NCBI RefSeq assembly: GCF_902459465.1
Contig: NC_047064.1
Location: forward strand, 21,452,001-21,516,000
Length of the DNA: 64,000 nt
Reading direction: 5' to 3'
From: Asterias rubens
Lineage: Eukaryota
A program made the position numbers and the translations under genes. Shown here piece after piece: positions 13,401-25,506 of the stretch. The notes below the pieces were generated by a model. That model saw only the letters and a program-made list of their open reading frames with translations, did not search any database and had not been told where the DNA came from. The first letter of the stretch is position 1. Every line of letters begins with the position of its first letter.

Positions 13401-14489
13401 GAGTACAGCGCCCCAGTTACTGGGTCTAATTCGGCTATTGTTTCCATGAACCTATAGTTCTAGGAGTAGGAGCACTACACTAGTTCATATCAATAACCAA
13501 TCATAACCCTCTAAACTGCCGGGAGAGAAACCCTTCATCCTCCCGCAGGGTCAGGAGGGTTGAGAGTTCACTCTCAACTATTTATATATCTATCTAGCTA
13601 GGAGTAGATTAGGAGGAGTACCTAGTTCTTAATTCATAAATTTACTAAGTTTACTACACACATTTTGAATTTAAATGCTTCTATTTATTAAAAAAACAAA
13701 AAATAAAAAATAAAATAAAAAAACCCATGCATGCTCAACCCTTCTCCTAGGACCTAGAACTTGAGGTTCGTTCGGCTATCATATTCCCCGTAACGCACTA
13801 ACGGGAGACGATAGACGAGCAAACCTCATATAGTTCTAGGAGTAGCTCAACCCCTGGTTGTCATGGGGATGGAGAAAAGACATACTTACAGTACACCAGA
13901 CTACTTTCTTATGTCTATGACACTACTACCTAGCTACCTATGGCAAATTATTTTAACAACTTACATAAATACACTATGGATGATGGAGGAAGTAGTGCAC
14001 CGCGGAAGTATCTGCATACACTTTATTTATTTTTAATATTAAATTTAAATTTTATCAATCAATACATTCACATTAATATTTAATAATACAATTATTACAA
14101 ATTATGATTTTTGTTCACTCCCAAAATCCAAATCCTTCATTATAATTAATCATGTCATTAATTAATTAATTCGTATTAATAATTTATATATTATTAAGTA
14201 TGTTTACCAACTGTATTGTGGTCTGGTGGTATGCCTGAGAAGAGACAGTTCCACCCAACTAAAACCGTCGAGTTCATTAATGTGTGAGTGTTGTTTACAT
14301 TGTACATTTACAATTACATGTTACATACAACCTTACTGATTTTACTCTTGTTACAACCAACTCGACCTCTCGATTATTTTGCCTAGCGTAAAGAAAATAC
14401 GTTTGCAAATGGATGCAACCGATCAAGGCCATGGCCAGTGTTACTATGAGAACACACGAGTACCAAACTCACCTCAATGAAAGACTCAT
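7474..14489 (-). CDS. CETN3: Centrin-3 (EF-hand centriolar protein), 5 coding exons, 167 aa
   Basis: Exons on the - strand: 14473-14489 (MSLSLR), 9432-9567, 9147-9261, 8163-8354 and 7474-7517. All introns are GT-AG and phase-compatible; the total of 504 nt is 167 aa plus stop. The protein ...[50 protein letters not shown]...[37 protein letters not shown]...[14 protein letters not shown] matches centrin-3. Confidence 0.97.
7790..7956. mobile_element. MITE with CCGTCGATTTCAC termini and CAG target duplication
   Basis: cag-CCGTCGATTTCACAAA...TTTGTGAAATCGACGG-cag; a related copy lies at 47113-47280. Confidence 0.75.
9771..10035. mobile_element. Foldback MITE in CETN3 intron 1
   Basis: About 45-bp inverted repeats gtgacgtcaatcgaggcagactttgcctg... 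/ ...caggcaaagtctgcctcgattgacgtcac. Confidence 0.7.
11196..11558. mobile_element. Kolobok-like non-autonomous element (AGCCATTGGACAC subfamily)
   Basis: AGCCATTGGACACTTTTGG...CCGAAAGTGTATAAATGGCT, flanked by ttga/ttaa. Internal similarity (acaaacctgtgaaaattt...gctcaat) to the AGGCAGTGGACAC family. Confidence 0.6.
12927..13427. mobile_element. AGACCCAGTAA...TTACTGGGTCT element (MITE, possibly composite)
   Basis: The same termini and the ggagtacagcgccccagttactgggtct end recur in the shorter copy at 53619-53792. Confidence 0.5.
13740..13848. mobile_element. Hairpin MITE family CTACTCCTAGAACTA...TAGTTCTAGGAGTAG
   Basis: Palindromic ends and an internal ttcggctatc/gatagcggaac hairpin. Related copies lie at about 13430-13470, 16680-16745, 34500-34705 and 35330-35415. 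Confidence 0.6.
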
Positions 14490-14896
14490 ATCTCTTGAAA
14501 ATGAAACGACTGTATTTGATGACTTCAATTTTAACCGCGTCGTCTGTGATAAGATTGTGGTGTTGTTTGCTTGCTCTGTTCAAAATGGCCGGCTAAAATG
14601 AAAGGTCAAATCGCATGCGCAATGCACACGTTATCAATCAATCTCGCGCCGTCCTGCTGAACTCTTTTTTTGTAAATAGATACCATGGATTGCTCCATGA
14701 AAAAAACACAGCTCTTGGGAGCTTGCATGCTCGAATAGGATAACACTTTTTAGGGATACATCATCATCAAGGATATGAATTGGATGGACATCATTTATGG
14801 GCTAGGGGATCATGGTAGACACAATTGCAAGAGAGACAAAAACAGTAATTAAAAAAAACCAGGTGGACAGGTGGATGTCCTCCATGCTCTGTGGAT

Positions 14897-14910
14897 GTTA
14901 CCATAGCAAC
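14897..14910. promoter_or_regulatory. RFX X-box upstream of CETN3
   Basis: GTTACCATAGCAAC fits the X-box consensus GTTRCCATRGYAAC and lies about 410 bp 5' of the CETN3 ATG. RFX control of centriole/cilium genes is established. An NRF1-like cgcatgcgca lies at about 14612. Confidence 0.55.
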
Positions 14911-15803
14911 GGACCCTCGTCTGGTCGAACTATTTCACTACTCCTTATATAGAAATGTTAACCTCCATGTTCATATATCTAAGATTTTTTTTGAATAAAT
15001 TATCGGATAAATTCACGAACACCTTCCCTGTTGCGGCTGTAAATTGTTATCAATATGGCAAGATCGGCCTGGAGGCGAGACCAGACTCAAACATTTATAT
15101 GGGGATGCTCACAATTTGTCTCATCCTCCATCCTGCGCCAAACCAGACTCCTACTTACTACTCTAGTACTTACATACTGTTCAAACCATCTTTATTGAGA
15201 GTATAAAACTACAAGCAAATCCCAAACCCCACCCCTTCTGCCCAGCAATTGTTTTCTTCTGCAGTGCCTTTATACAGGGACTATTTTTAAATTTGAAAAA
15301 AACATTCCTCGAAAAAAATATGATTTTTTTTTTTAGGATGGCAATTCTAAACAGGAAAAGAACAAATTCCCTTCGGCATGCTCGCCCCACTTTCTGGATG
15401 GCCAGGTGGCGCACCACGAACTTTCTGAGTGCACATGTATTCTGATATTTATTGTGTACCTGTTAATTACTACTGCATGCATAAACAAAAACAAATTCTG
15501 AAGGGGTACGTTGTCATCGGAAGGAAAAGGCTACATCATTAGGTTAAAAATAACTGTGCTGAGTGTTTATTGAAGCATCTATGCTTGGGATGAAAGTAAT
15601 TAGACCAACGTCAATCGTAAACAACAACCCTCATACACAACGCAAGGTCAAACATGACATGAGCCCACACGTTGGCCAGCCGCACAATCACCGAGTTCAC
15701 CATTGGCTGCCAATGACATCATTATGCCAAGGTAAAAATAGCGGCGTTTTGATAGGCTCATATTCATGACATAATGTCTATTTTAAGAGCAGAGTAAAGA
15801 GCG

Positions 15804-15825
15804 ATGTCGCAATAAAATGCAATAA
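15804..15825 (+). promoter_or_regulatory. Two minimal uORFs (ATG TCG CAA TAA; ATG CAA TAA) in the presumed first exon of the bZIP gene
   Basis: Both are seen directly, at 15804-15815 and 15817-15825. That they are transcribed is inferred from candidate donors at 15940 (g|gtaaag) or 15978 (aag|gtactg) and the acceptor at 16833. Confidence 0.4.
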
Positions 15826-16221
15826 CGAACCGGTTTTCGTCATTCGATCTGAAAGTTTTGCTGGTGGAACGTGTAAAGAAGGGGCTGGAGAGCAACTCAA
15901 CATCGAAGCAGAAAGCGCGTCTACCGTCCTTAAAAGACGGTAAAGCGACTGTCCAACTCGGACAAGAAAAGGACAAGGTACTGGACGAAACATTAACTTT
16001 ACAAACCTTCATTTATAAAACCAATCTTGCTTCTTTTTACAACGAATTTACTACAAAAACAGTGCATTGCCATCGTTGAGTTGTTCTTTTTTATTATTGT
16101 TTGAATTAACATATTAACTGCTGCTCTGCACCACTGCAACAAGCGGAGGTTGAGTGAGTCAACAGACATGTCAGATACATGTATTGCGTTTGGATAACGG
16201 GATAACCCGTAGAGCACTAGA

Positions 16222-16590
16222 GGGATAACTTTCCGTATCACGCGACCACTTTTTCACTCATTTTTACAAAAAGGGATAGGCTTAAAACTTAAGCCATAGA
16301 GGTCATACTTACTATTAATTATTCATGGAGGTAGAAATATATTTCTGGATATATGGAAATATTAATTAGTTCATTCACTTCTGCTCTCACATTTGACTTT
16401 GCTACTTCCATTGCATTCAGTACTTTTGCAGTAAGTTTTGTGTGAATATGGATGGGCGTTTTATTAGGCTTCATTTAGCCTTCATTATGCAGAGCCCGAA
16501 TCTACAGGTATACAGGTATACCTCCATGCTATATTTTATTACTTCATATCGAAAGAAAAAATGGTGACGTGGTACGGAAACTTTTCCGTC
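16222..16590. mobile_element. MITE family with GGATAACTTTCCGTA / TACGGAAACTTTTCC termini
   Basis: A shorter, similar copy lies at 63129-63265 (tacggataactttccgtatggcgccaccactttttcactcatttttacaaaaaggga). Confidence 0.55.
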
Positions 16591-16926
16591 AGTATTGTTT
16601 ACAGATCATTTTTATTTTGTACTACTCATTATGGCATTAGTCCTACAACTATTATGAGTTTGGTTCCGCCATAGTTGCATAGTTGAGATGATAGCGGAAC
16701 AAACTTCATAATTGTAGGAGTAATTTTGTACCAGTTCTAGGTACTAGTAGTAGTAGTAGTAGTAGTTCATTGTTTAAGGTTCTTAAATTGTTACAATCTT
16801 AACAACTACTATCTTGATTTCTTATTTTATTAGGGTGTGCAAACGCCCTCAGTGGTCTGCTAAAAGGGTATAGACCCTCTTTACCGTGGATTCTCCCGAA
16901 TCGATCATCAGTAACTTCAGTTCAGA

Positions 16927-17112
16927 ATGGAATTTTACGGAGACTCCATTTGTAAAAACAGCCAACATGGCTTGCGAGGCAGTAGTCGGCCTCGCCCTAA
17001 AGCCAGGCCGAACAGTAGATGGCTTGATAGGTCAGAGCAACCACCTTCTCCGAGACCCTCCGGCCTCGGACTTGGCTCAACAGGCTGCTCTGATCTCGAG
17101 CAGTCTATTTAA
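16927..17112 (+). promoter_or_regulatory. Overlapping out-of-frame uORF (61 aa) across the bZIP start codon
   Basis: ATG in strong context (agaATGg) at 16927, 40 nt upstream of the main ATG at 16967 and in a different frame; it stops at TAA 17110-17112 inside the main CDS. Confidence 0.7.
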
Positions 17113-19328
17113 CCATGGTGAGTTTTAGTATCATTTGTCTAGGACCCTTTTCGAAACCACAGCTTTGGCTCCAGATTCGGCTTTACGCTAGCTTGGACCC
17201 CGCGGTTGTTTTTACAGCTGTTCGTGCTTTGCGTACGTGCTCAGGGATTCAGATGAGAGAACATATCCTGAAACCAAATCTAAAGCCAAAGCCGTAGATT
17301 CTAAAAGGGCCACAGAACACTAATCATATCCCCTTCACCTTGAAACTTAAGTTCTAGGAAATGACCCATCTAAAATCAAGTTCTATTTCCTTAAGAATCA
17401 TTGCACTTTCATTATTTTTACTTTGAACTCGCAGGTGATCCCGACCTGTCTTTCTGCGATGTTCTAGCAGACGCCATTGAGACAGAGTCGGACAAGCCTT
17501 CCACCGTCAATGTGGAAGAATTCACAGACCTCATGCTCTTCCCGGAGCTGCAAGGAGTCTTTGAAATTGACGACTTTCCGGTATTTCAAGACTTTCCTTT
17601 TGAGCCCTTGGGAGGAGTAGATGGCATGCTCAAGCCGACGAGGGAAACGATCCCATCCATTGCTACGGTTGCCGATAGCAACGGTGAGATCAGCCCGGCT
17701 GAGAGCGATGCGTCTGTCGAACATTTCTTCAACACATTTACGGACCTGACCAGGTTTCTCGATAAACTTGTGAGTAATTCTCTGTTTGGTATTAATCCAT
17801 TTAATAATATTGCATTTTTCCCTTATTATTTAAAAAAAAAAATTATTTAAATGTCTTATGGACTAGTACAACTGATGCAATTTCAACTTAAAAGTTCTAT
17901 GCTGAATGATCAGTTTGATTAATGATTTACAATTGAATGATTTTCATGTAGTATTCTTACCTTCTGAATTAACAAATTATGACAAACAACTTCTGTGGTT
18001 AGGTGACAGTTATAAATAAATCACAACAATAATCAATTCTCAAAGAAACCACCATTGTTAAGACAAACTGAATTATTCATTAGCATATAACTGAATTATT
18101 CATTTATTAGCATATAACTGGCTGTCAATAGGCTGATGCAATAGCTGGTAACCATACACTTGAATGCACAAAATAAATGCATTATGCAAAAGGTCAAAGG
18201 TTGTCTAATAAGTGATCAATATTCATGATGTGATCTCAGATTGCACAACCAGTTGCAATCTCATGCCTTTCTATTGTATGCTACTACTGAACCCTGGGTA
18301 TTGCACAACACTGTGAAATATCAAGTCAAACTCATACAACCTAAATAAGTTTGTTGATAAACACAGAAAGGTTTCATTATTCTTACAAGCAATGCGATAA
18401 CAACTTGTCAGTGCTACAGCACCATACAGAGAAGTCAATTTGTTAGGAAATGTTTATGTTCTGCAAATCTCATTTGATAAATGGCTGTGGCAATTCTCAA
18501 TCGTATGACGATTCAAATATGGGAATACACTGGAAGTACAAAGCAAATGGTGGGTAGAAAATACAAGTAAAATTTTCCTCTGTAATTTTTGGCTTTAGCA
18601 GTAACTTTTTGGCAGATCTAAATCACTTGAAATTTTTGTTTACTCGTGAGTAAAAATTGTTTTAAATTATTTTGAGTATACAAGAAGCTTTTATTTGGAC
18701 TTTGAAGTACAATCATCACAAGCATTCCTTGTGAGATTGTTTTTAATTTAACTTGGCAGAATGTCGTTAATGGCAGTATGTTTTGACTGTGAGTCTTTTT
18801 CAAAGGCCAAACTTGAATCAATATTTTCCATTGAAACTAAATCTATTGTTTTGTTTTGTTTTGTAACTACAGGAGGAGGCTGGTCCATCTGATTTCAATG
18901 ACGTGGCTACTTTCATCGCAGAAAGCAACAAACCCTTTGGAAATGATGCAGAACCTTCTGGAACTGCTACCATGACAACCCTGCCAACATCTGTTGGCTC
19001 TGAGACAGCAAGCAATGATGAGATTCGTGTCGACCCCACTGGCCCAACCAAAATGGACAGTGAGGCCCCTCCCACAAAGAGGGCACGCACATCTCACTCC
19101 AAACCCTCTAAAGCTTCAGCCGAGCAGAAGTACCGACACCGCCGCGATAAAAACAACGTGGCGTCGCAACGTTCTCGAGCATCCCGCAAAGTGCGCGAGA
19201 AGAGTATGGCTGTTAAAGCTAAAGAGCTGGAGGCAGATAATGAGCGTTTGAGAAAGCGCATCGACGAACTTTCTGTAATTGCCGAAGAGGCACGAAAGTG
19301 CCTTGTTGAATCTCTGTCTCAGAAGTAA
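16967..19328 (+). CDS. bZIP transcription factor of C/EBP/PAR type (Xrp1/DDIT3-like zipper), 3 coding exons, about 313 aa
   Basis: Exons 16967-17117 (gccaacATGg, with in-frame TAG upstream at 16871), 17435-17769 and 18873-19328; GT-AG introns in phases 1 and 0. Basic region KYRHRRDKNNVASQRSRASRK (N-x7-R) and zipper ELEADNERLRKRIDELSVIAEEARKCLVESL. The N-terminus is acidic and aromatic. Candidate poly(A) signal aataaa at about 19514. Confidence 0.88.
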
Positions 19329-20862
19329 TCTGGTTTAGTGGTTAACTAAACGGGTGTAATCTCCAATTTCACTAACTAGGTCATTATTTCTCAACTCACA
19401 AAACACACTTTGTTAAGGTGACTGCACAGGAACTGAGTTCCGAAATACATTTATTTTATGACGCTTTATAACTGTGTCACCTTGTAGTTTTACATCATTT
19501 TATTTCTGACTGGAATAAAATGGTTGAGAATTACTGGACAAAGATGTGGTAACTGTGAATGTTGTGAGGACGTTGGAGATTTTAACCCAGTTTTCCATTG
19601 ACTAACAGATTACTCTGATTGCGGAAACACTTTTAAGAAAAGGATTATATTTTGTAAAAAGGTAGGTTTAGTTTTAGACCAGGAACGTAGTTGTACACAT
19701 TTGTTTTATGTACAAGCTGTTTTCACATATGTACCAAGTTGTCAGATTATTTGTTAATGACACACATAATGTGACCTCCCTCAAAATAAGAATCACATTG
19801 GCATTGGCATTATTTAAAATGTTACCATGATAACATTTTATTTAATTACAAACAGCCAACGTTGGTTATCTGTTTTTTGTTTCTCCACATAGTAAAACAA
19901 AAACAAAAGTCTGAATACTTGTCATTGCCAAAAGCAATCCAGAAATATTTATAGTGCAGAAACACATGATGTACAAAATAATTATTAGTGGAACTAACAA
20001 AATGACTACATGTTGATTTTTACTTTGTAGGAGCATTTCTCTTCGAGTTTTACATCAAAATAATTTTCATAAGCTGGAGTTCCGTGAAATTGTAAGTAAA
20101 GCGGGGACAATATACAACATTAAAAAAAAATTTTTAAAGGGTTGGATAATGGATTAATTTCAATTGATTGTGTGTGGAAACAATGTCTTTGAAACATCAG
20201 GTTTAGTCAATCTTAAACTAATTGATTTGTTTAATTGGGTGTGTAAGATAAAAATGTTCATTTACTATTTAGTCAGTTTACCAACTGTTTTAAAAATGTT
20301 TTATCTGAAAACAAACCTGTACTCAGTTCTGTATATATTTTTGTTAAAGTGTACATGTAAATAGTTAAAAAAAAAAATTATTTTGGAAAATCTCTGGGGC
20401 ACTGAATTATCAAGATAAACAAACATGGCTTAGATGTCCTAAAATTCGATAGCGAAATTGGTAATTAGATTGCCACTTTCCCCATATCAGACAGTATTTT
20501 TTATATTTCAAATCAATACTTGTAAAGTGAAAGATTTGTAGTTGCCTGTGAGCACTGGGTTTAGCTGGTATTGTTGTTAATTTGGAAATAAATGTTAAAT
20601 AAGTTGATAAAGAATAATAAGATTGAGGATTGTGGTAACACCATATTATTTATAATCTTATAAATGGTGCTGCACACCGTGTCGGCCAATGTCATACTAG
20701 AGACTTTTATCACGGTGAAGCAATTCTTTTTCTTCAAAATTCAAACCAATTGTAACCAAACTGAGGCTCTAAGGGAAATTAGTCTTGAACCTTTTGATAA
20801 AGAGGGAATTTAAATCTTGGCGTTATTGTCAAACCAGGGAATCTAACATCTGTAGTGGTAAT

Positions 20863-21004
20863 GGGAGACTTTCTGGGACGATAGAGGGCAGCAGACTTAC
20901 CGGGTAAATCCATTGTTCTCAGAATTATGCGCATGTTCAGAACTACGTAAACAATGGAAATTTACCCGGTATGTCTGCTGCCGCCTAGCGTTGGAAAGTC
21001 TCCT
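20863..21004. mobile_element. 142-bp MITE with AT target duplication (ISL2EU/PHIS-like)
   Basis: at-GGGAGACTTTCTGGGACGATAG...CTAGCGTTGGAAAGTCTCCT-at; a near-identical inverted copy lies at 55965-56106. Confidence 0.75.
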
Positions 21005-21428
21005 ATTGAACTGATCCAATTATCAAAACCAATTATTGTATTACCACAAACCTCCATCTTATTCTACTTTCTTTCACCATGCACATTGTTTTCAAATAAT
21101 ACTAATATGTCTTAGTACTGATGACATCACAGTTTATTACCCTTTTGCAGAAGAATAGGACAAAATAAAAAGGGCTATGCTGGATGTCAAATACTTGTAG
21201 AAGAATCGTATTTCATTTGGGAAAATATACTGCAAAGTCTTTGAAATAAACGTGAATAAATCGAGGTGAAAAACAAATGAGACCAATCTGTGTGGTGTGG
21301 ACATTTTTTACTTATTTGAGAAGTTAATTGGATAAAAAAGAGATAATAAAATTATATAAAAGTGTCTTTGTCTGTTATACTTGTTGAATTTGGAATGTCA
21401 ATAAACTGCTCTTCTCATAACCATATAA

Positions 21429-21803
21429 AGGCAGTGGATACTATTGGTAATTACTCAAAATAATTATTAGCATAAAACCTCACTCGGTAACGAGTAATGG
21501 GGAGAGCTTGATATAAAACATTGTGAGAAACGGCTCCCTCTGAAGTGACGTAGTTTTCGAGAAAGAAGTGATTTTCCACGAATTTGATTTCGATACCTCA
21601 AGTTTAGAACTTGAGGTCTCGAAATCAACCATCTAAACGCACACAACTTCGTGTGACAAGGGTGTTTTTTCTTTCATTATTATCTCGCAACTTCAACGAC
21701 CAATTGAGCTCAAATTTTCACAGGTTTGTTATTTCATGCATATGTTGAGATACACCAAGTGAGAAGACTGGTCTTTGACAATTACCAATAGTGTCTAATG
21801 TCT
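21429..21803. mobile_element. Kolobok-like MITE (AGGCAGTGGACAC family)
   Basis: AGGCAGTGGATACTATTGGTAATT...AATTACCAATAGTGTCTAATGTCT-ttaa; the body is shared with copies at 24.7, 25.2, 39.2 and 51.5 kb. Confidence 0.75.
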
Positions 21804-23599
21804 TTAAAGGACACTAATTGTTTTGAAATTAATTCATGGAAATATTGGGATATGAAGAAGGATGACAATGAGAACACACATAATAGTGTGGAATTTGTGC
21901 GGGGTGTACATGGGACTGGGAATATCTATCATATGTACGAAATTATATTGGAATACAATTATTTTTCTTGACATTAAATAAAAGTAATGGCGCAATGCTA
22001 TCTCCTGCCATTTGTATGAGTCACAAACTCGTTTGATAAATGTTTTAAATCATTTACTGTGGAAAGTTTAAACTTCAAAAGTCAAGATTTCAAATGGGGG
22101 TGGGGCATCCGGGGCGGGGGGGTGTATCCAGGGGGCGGGGCCGGTGGCCCTAACATCAACCAAAAAGAGGTGGGGTGCACTAATAGGAACAATTTCAGGC
22201 GCAAAACTATTTGTTGTAAACCACCCCTTTTACCTAGTTTTGGGGGTTATGCGATGATTTTTATTACGATAATTTATAACAACCATGGGGTTCTTTGCTT
22301 CGTCCACTTTTGAGGGAATCTTTGATAAAGTTAGGTTTTTAAAGTTGGTCAATTGTTTTGCTCGGGAAGTGCAGGGGTGCTCAAAAAAACTGGTACGGGC
22401 GTTTCTTTCTTGGTTGATTAGCAAAAATTCCAGACGGCTCAGCTGACCATGGAGGTACGGGTACTCCATGCTGGCTGACCTCGCCAATATTTAAAAGAAA
22501 TCTTTAAGTTTATTTGTCCGAAACTATTGGTTTTCAAGAAGCTGAGAGACTTTTAAGTGTTTATTGTGTTGAATAATTCATATGAAATGTTCTTATAAAT
22601 AATTTGTTGTTATGGGAGTTTGCACCTTGCATCCCATAGGCACGCATTTACGCACTCTTGTGTCTGAAGTGCTATCCATGCATCCATCGCACAGTTTTCT
22701 TGCTTTATAACGTAATGGTTTAATAATAGTCAATGGTGTAATGGCTTGGACTAGAGTCTGAACTCATGTCATGTTCTATCTAACGTTACAATGATGAGGA
22801 CCAGTCTATAGGTTATGTTTTCCAATTGCTGCAACATATGCGAACAAATTTCCCAGGGCACATGTCGAGTAGGATTCTACTCTACTCTACTCAGTATATA
22901 ACTGGTACTCTTCACGTCGCTGCGTTAAGCCAATGCAAAAATAACTGAGTACCAGCATACACCATACCATACACATACACGCATACATAACATACATGTA
23001 CACATGTGTAATGTACACATGTGTACACTGCATGCTCTCGTTCGTTTCGTCGTCGCGTAATATACAAGCGTCGTCGTCGTCCCCACAGCTAGTTAGTTGA
23101 CGGGGAGTTGGTGATATGATGCCGATCCGAAACATTGATGGACATCTTTTCTCGGTAAGAAATTGTTTTTGTGCACGGTGTTCTTAACTGGTCATTATCA
23201 ATATTATAAATGATCAACGTCAATTATTTTATATCAGATACTTAAGACTTTTACTCTAATTTGTAACTATCATTATCAAATAACCTGTTCATTTATGGGG
23301 CTAGTTCATCCCTTATTCTTTACTCTATGTTCTTACCATGGAGGAATAAAAGATTCCTCCATGTTCTTACTTATTCTTATTCTTTATTTGGCCATTAAAC
23401 ATTAACAATATACAAGCAGACAGTATGTAAAATAAATAATATAAAAACAAAAGTAAATACAAAGCAAGACAAACAGTAAGGGCACAGGAAATTACAAAAC
23501 AACCCTAATGTGATGGCCAGGATCAACAAAAGTATAATTAAACACACTACACAGTAGCTCGAAAGCCTGTTAGTTATTTTTTAATCCAGTCACATAGGG

Positions 23600-24160
23600 A
23601 GGCTAACTCACTATATACTCTCTTTGGAAAAATAAAAATAATTTAAAGTAAATATAAATAATCTGTATACACAAAGCACAACTTGAAACAACAAAACCAA
23701 AAACAAACCAGAAATTAGACAAGCAAATAAATAAATAAATAACCAAATTGTTCATTAAAAAATATAAATAAAAAGTAACAATAAGTAAATGAATAAATAG
23801 TTGGAAAGGTACATCATGTAACAAGAAATATAGCAACAAATAAATCAAAATATGGATGGATAAACAAAAAATAGGTCAATAAATAAACAGACAAATTGAT
23901 AAAAGAACAGTGCAAGCAACGAAATGTTAATCAAACTAACTCAATAAAAGGATGATTAAATATGAATAAAGCAATCAAAACAACCAATCAATTGATAAAC
24001 AAATAATCAATAAACCAGAAATTAGATAAGCAAATAAATAGTTAAATTAATAAATAACAAAAATATTGATACTTTATTTCTGAGTTACATGCACTCATTC
24101 GTCTATCTAAATATTGATATTTTATTTCTGAGTTACATGCACTCATTCGTCTATCTATCC
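23600..24160. repeat. A-rich low-complexity tract ending in a roughly 50-bp direct duplication
   Basis: (aaat)n-like sequence; aaatattgatactttatttctgagttacatgcactcattcgtctatct occurs twice at about 24061-24160. Confidence 0.6.
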
Positions 24161-24709
24161 ACTCATTCATTTATTCACCCATATTTTTCCTTTATTATAT
24201 CCAACTGCAGGTTATAATGTAGAAATCAACCTTCAAGCAGTACTGGACTACCATGAAATAATGCAACTACTCCTCCGCCCCACTAGCCTTTTGTCAAGGC
24301 CTTCGTGGCTTAGACACTAGCTTCGTAGAGCCGTGATTCGAGGCACCTGGAAGGGGATATTCGCAGGCAGGTCAAACCTTCCAGTCATTTTGAATGCGGA
24401 TCTATGAAGCAACGAAGGCTACAGTACCCCTGGTGGTACACAAGAGTATCAGACCAGTTGTCAGTAAAAGTTCTCATGCATGCTGCATAGTCTCTACAGC
24501 TTTTACATATTGTGGGACAGAAACCTCATTTCATATTTGGGGAAAACAGCAAAAGTTTACAAAAATCACATACCCATGTCAAAATGTTACTTTTGACATG
24601 AATACTAAAAAATACAGTATGTTCAAGTTGCAGTTAATGCTAAAAAAAATTATTTTGTACTTATGTAACAAATGTTTAAAATACTCAATCATATTATGCA
24701 TATATTTAA

Positions 24710-25033
24710 AGGCAGTGGACACTATTGGATAATTACTCAAAATAACAATTGAGTAATGACGAGTAATGGGGAGAGGTTGATAGTATAAAACATTGTGAGA
24801 AACGGCTTCCTCTGAAGTGCCTTAGTTTTTGAGAAAGAAGTAATTTTCCACAAATTTGATTTCGAGACATCAGATTTAGTGTGACAGGGGTGTTTTTTTC
24901 TTTCATTACTATCTTGCAAGTTTGATTACCAATTGAGCTCAAATTTTCACAGGTTTGTTATTTTATGCATAATGTTGAGATACACCAACTGTGAAGGCTA
25001 GTCTTCGACAATTACCAATAGTGTCCACTGCCT
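24710..25033. mobile_element. Kolobok-like MITE (AGGCAGTGGACAC family)
   Basis: TTAA-AGGCAGTGGACACTATTGG...CCAATAGTGTCCACTGCCT-TTAA: perfect terminal inverted repeats and a TTAA duplication. Confidence 0.85.
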
Positions 25034-25188
25034 TTAAATAATGTTAGTCCATTATACTATGTTACATGAAACAGTTTCCATGCTACTAGACCATTTTTAT
25101 ATTATTTGGATGTTGATATCAATGACCAAATGTCATGGTTGAAAATAATAATAATAAAGCATGCAAAAACATTCAATGTAACTTTTAA

Positions 25189-25506
25189 AGGCACTGGACA
25201 CCTTTGGTAACCAGTCTTCTCACTTGGTGTATGTCAACATAATGCACAAAAAAACAAACCTGTGAAAATTTGAAGTTGCGAGAGTATAATGGAGGAAAAA
25301 ACACCCTTGTTGCACAAGTTATGTGCTTTCAGATGCAAAATTCGAGCTTGAATTCAATCAAATATTTGAGTGAGAAATTTTTGTTCTTTCTCACAAACTA
25401 CGTTACTTCAGAGGGAGCCATTTCTCACAATGTTTTATACTATCAATAGCTCACCGTTACTTGTTACCAAGTTAGTTTGAGTAATTACCGATAGTGTTCA
25501 GTGCCT
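25189..25506. mobile_element. Kolobok-like MITE, opposite orientation
   Basis: TTAA-AGGCACTGGACACC...ATAGTGTTCAGTGCCT-TTAA. Confidence 0.8.

Noticed and set aside
16886-16966. GTG-initiated N-terminal extension of the bZIP protein
   Set aside because: Non-ATG start with no support; a strong-Kozak ATG exists at 16967.
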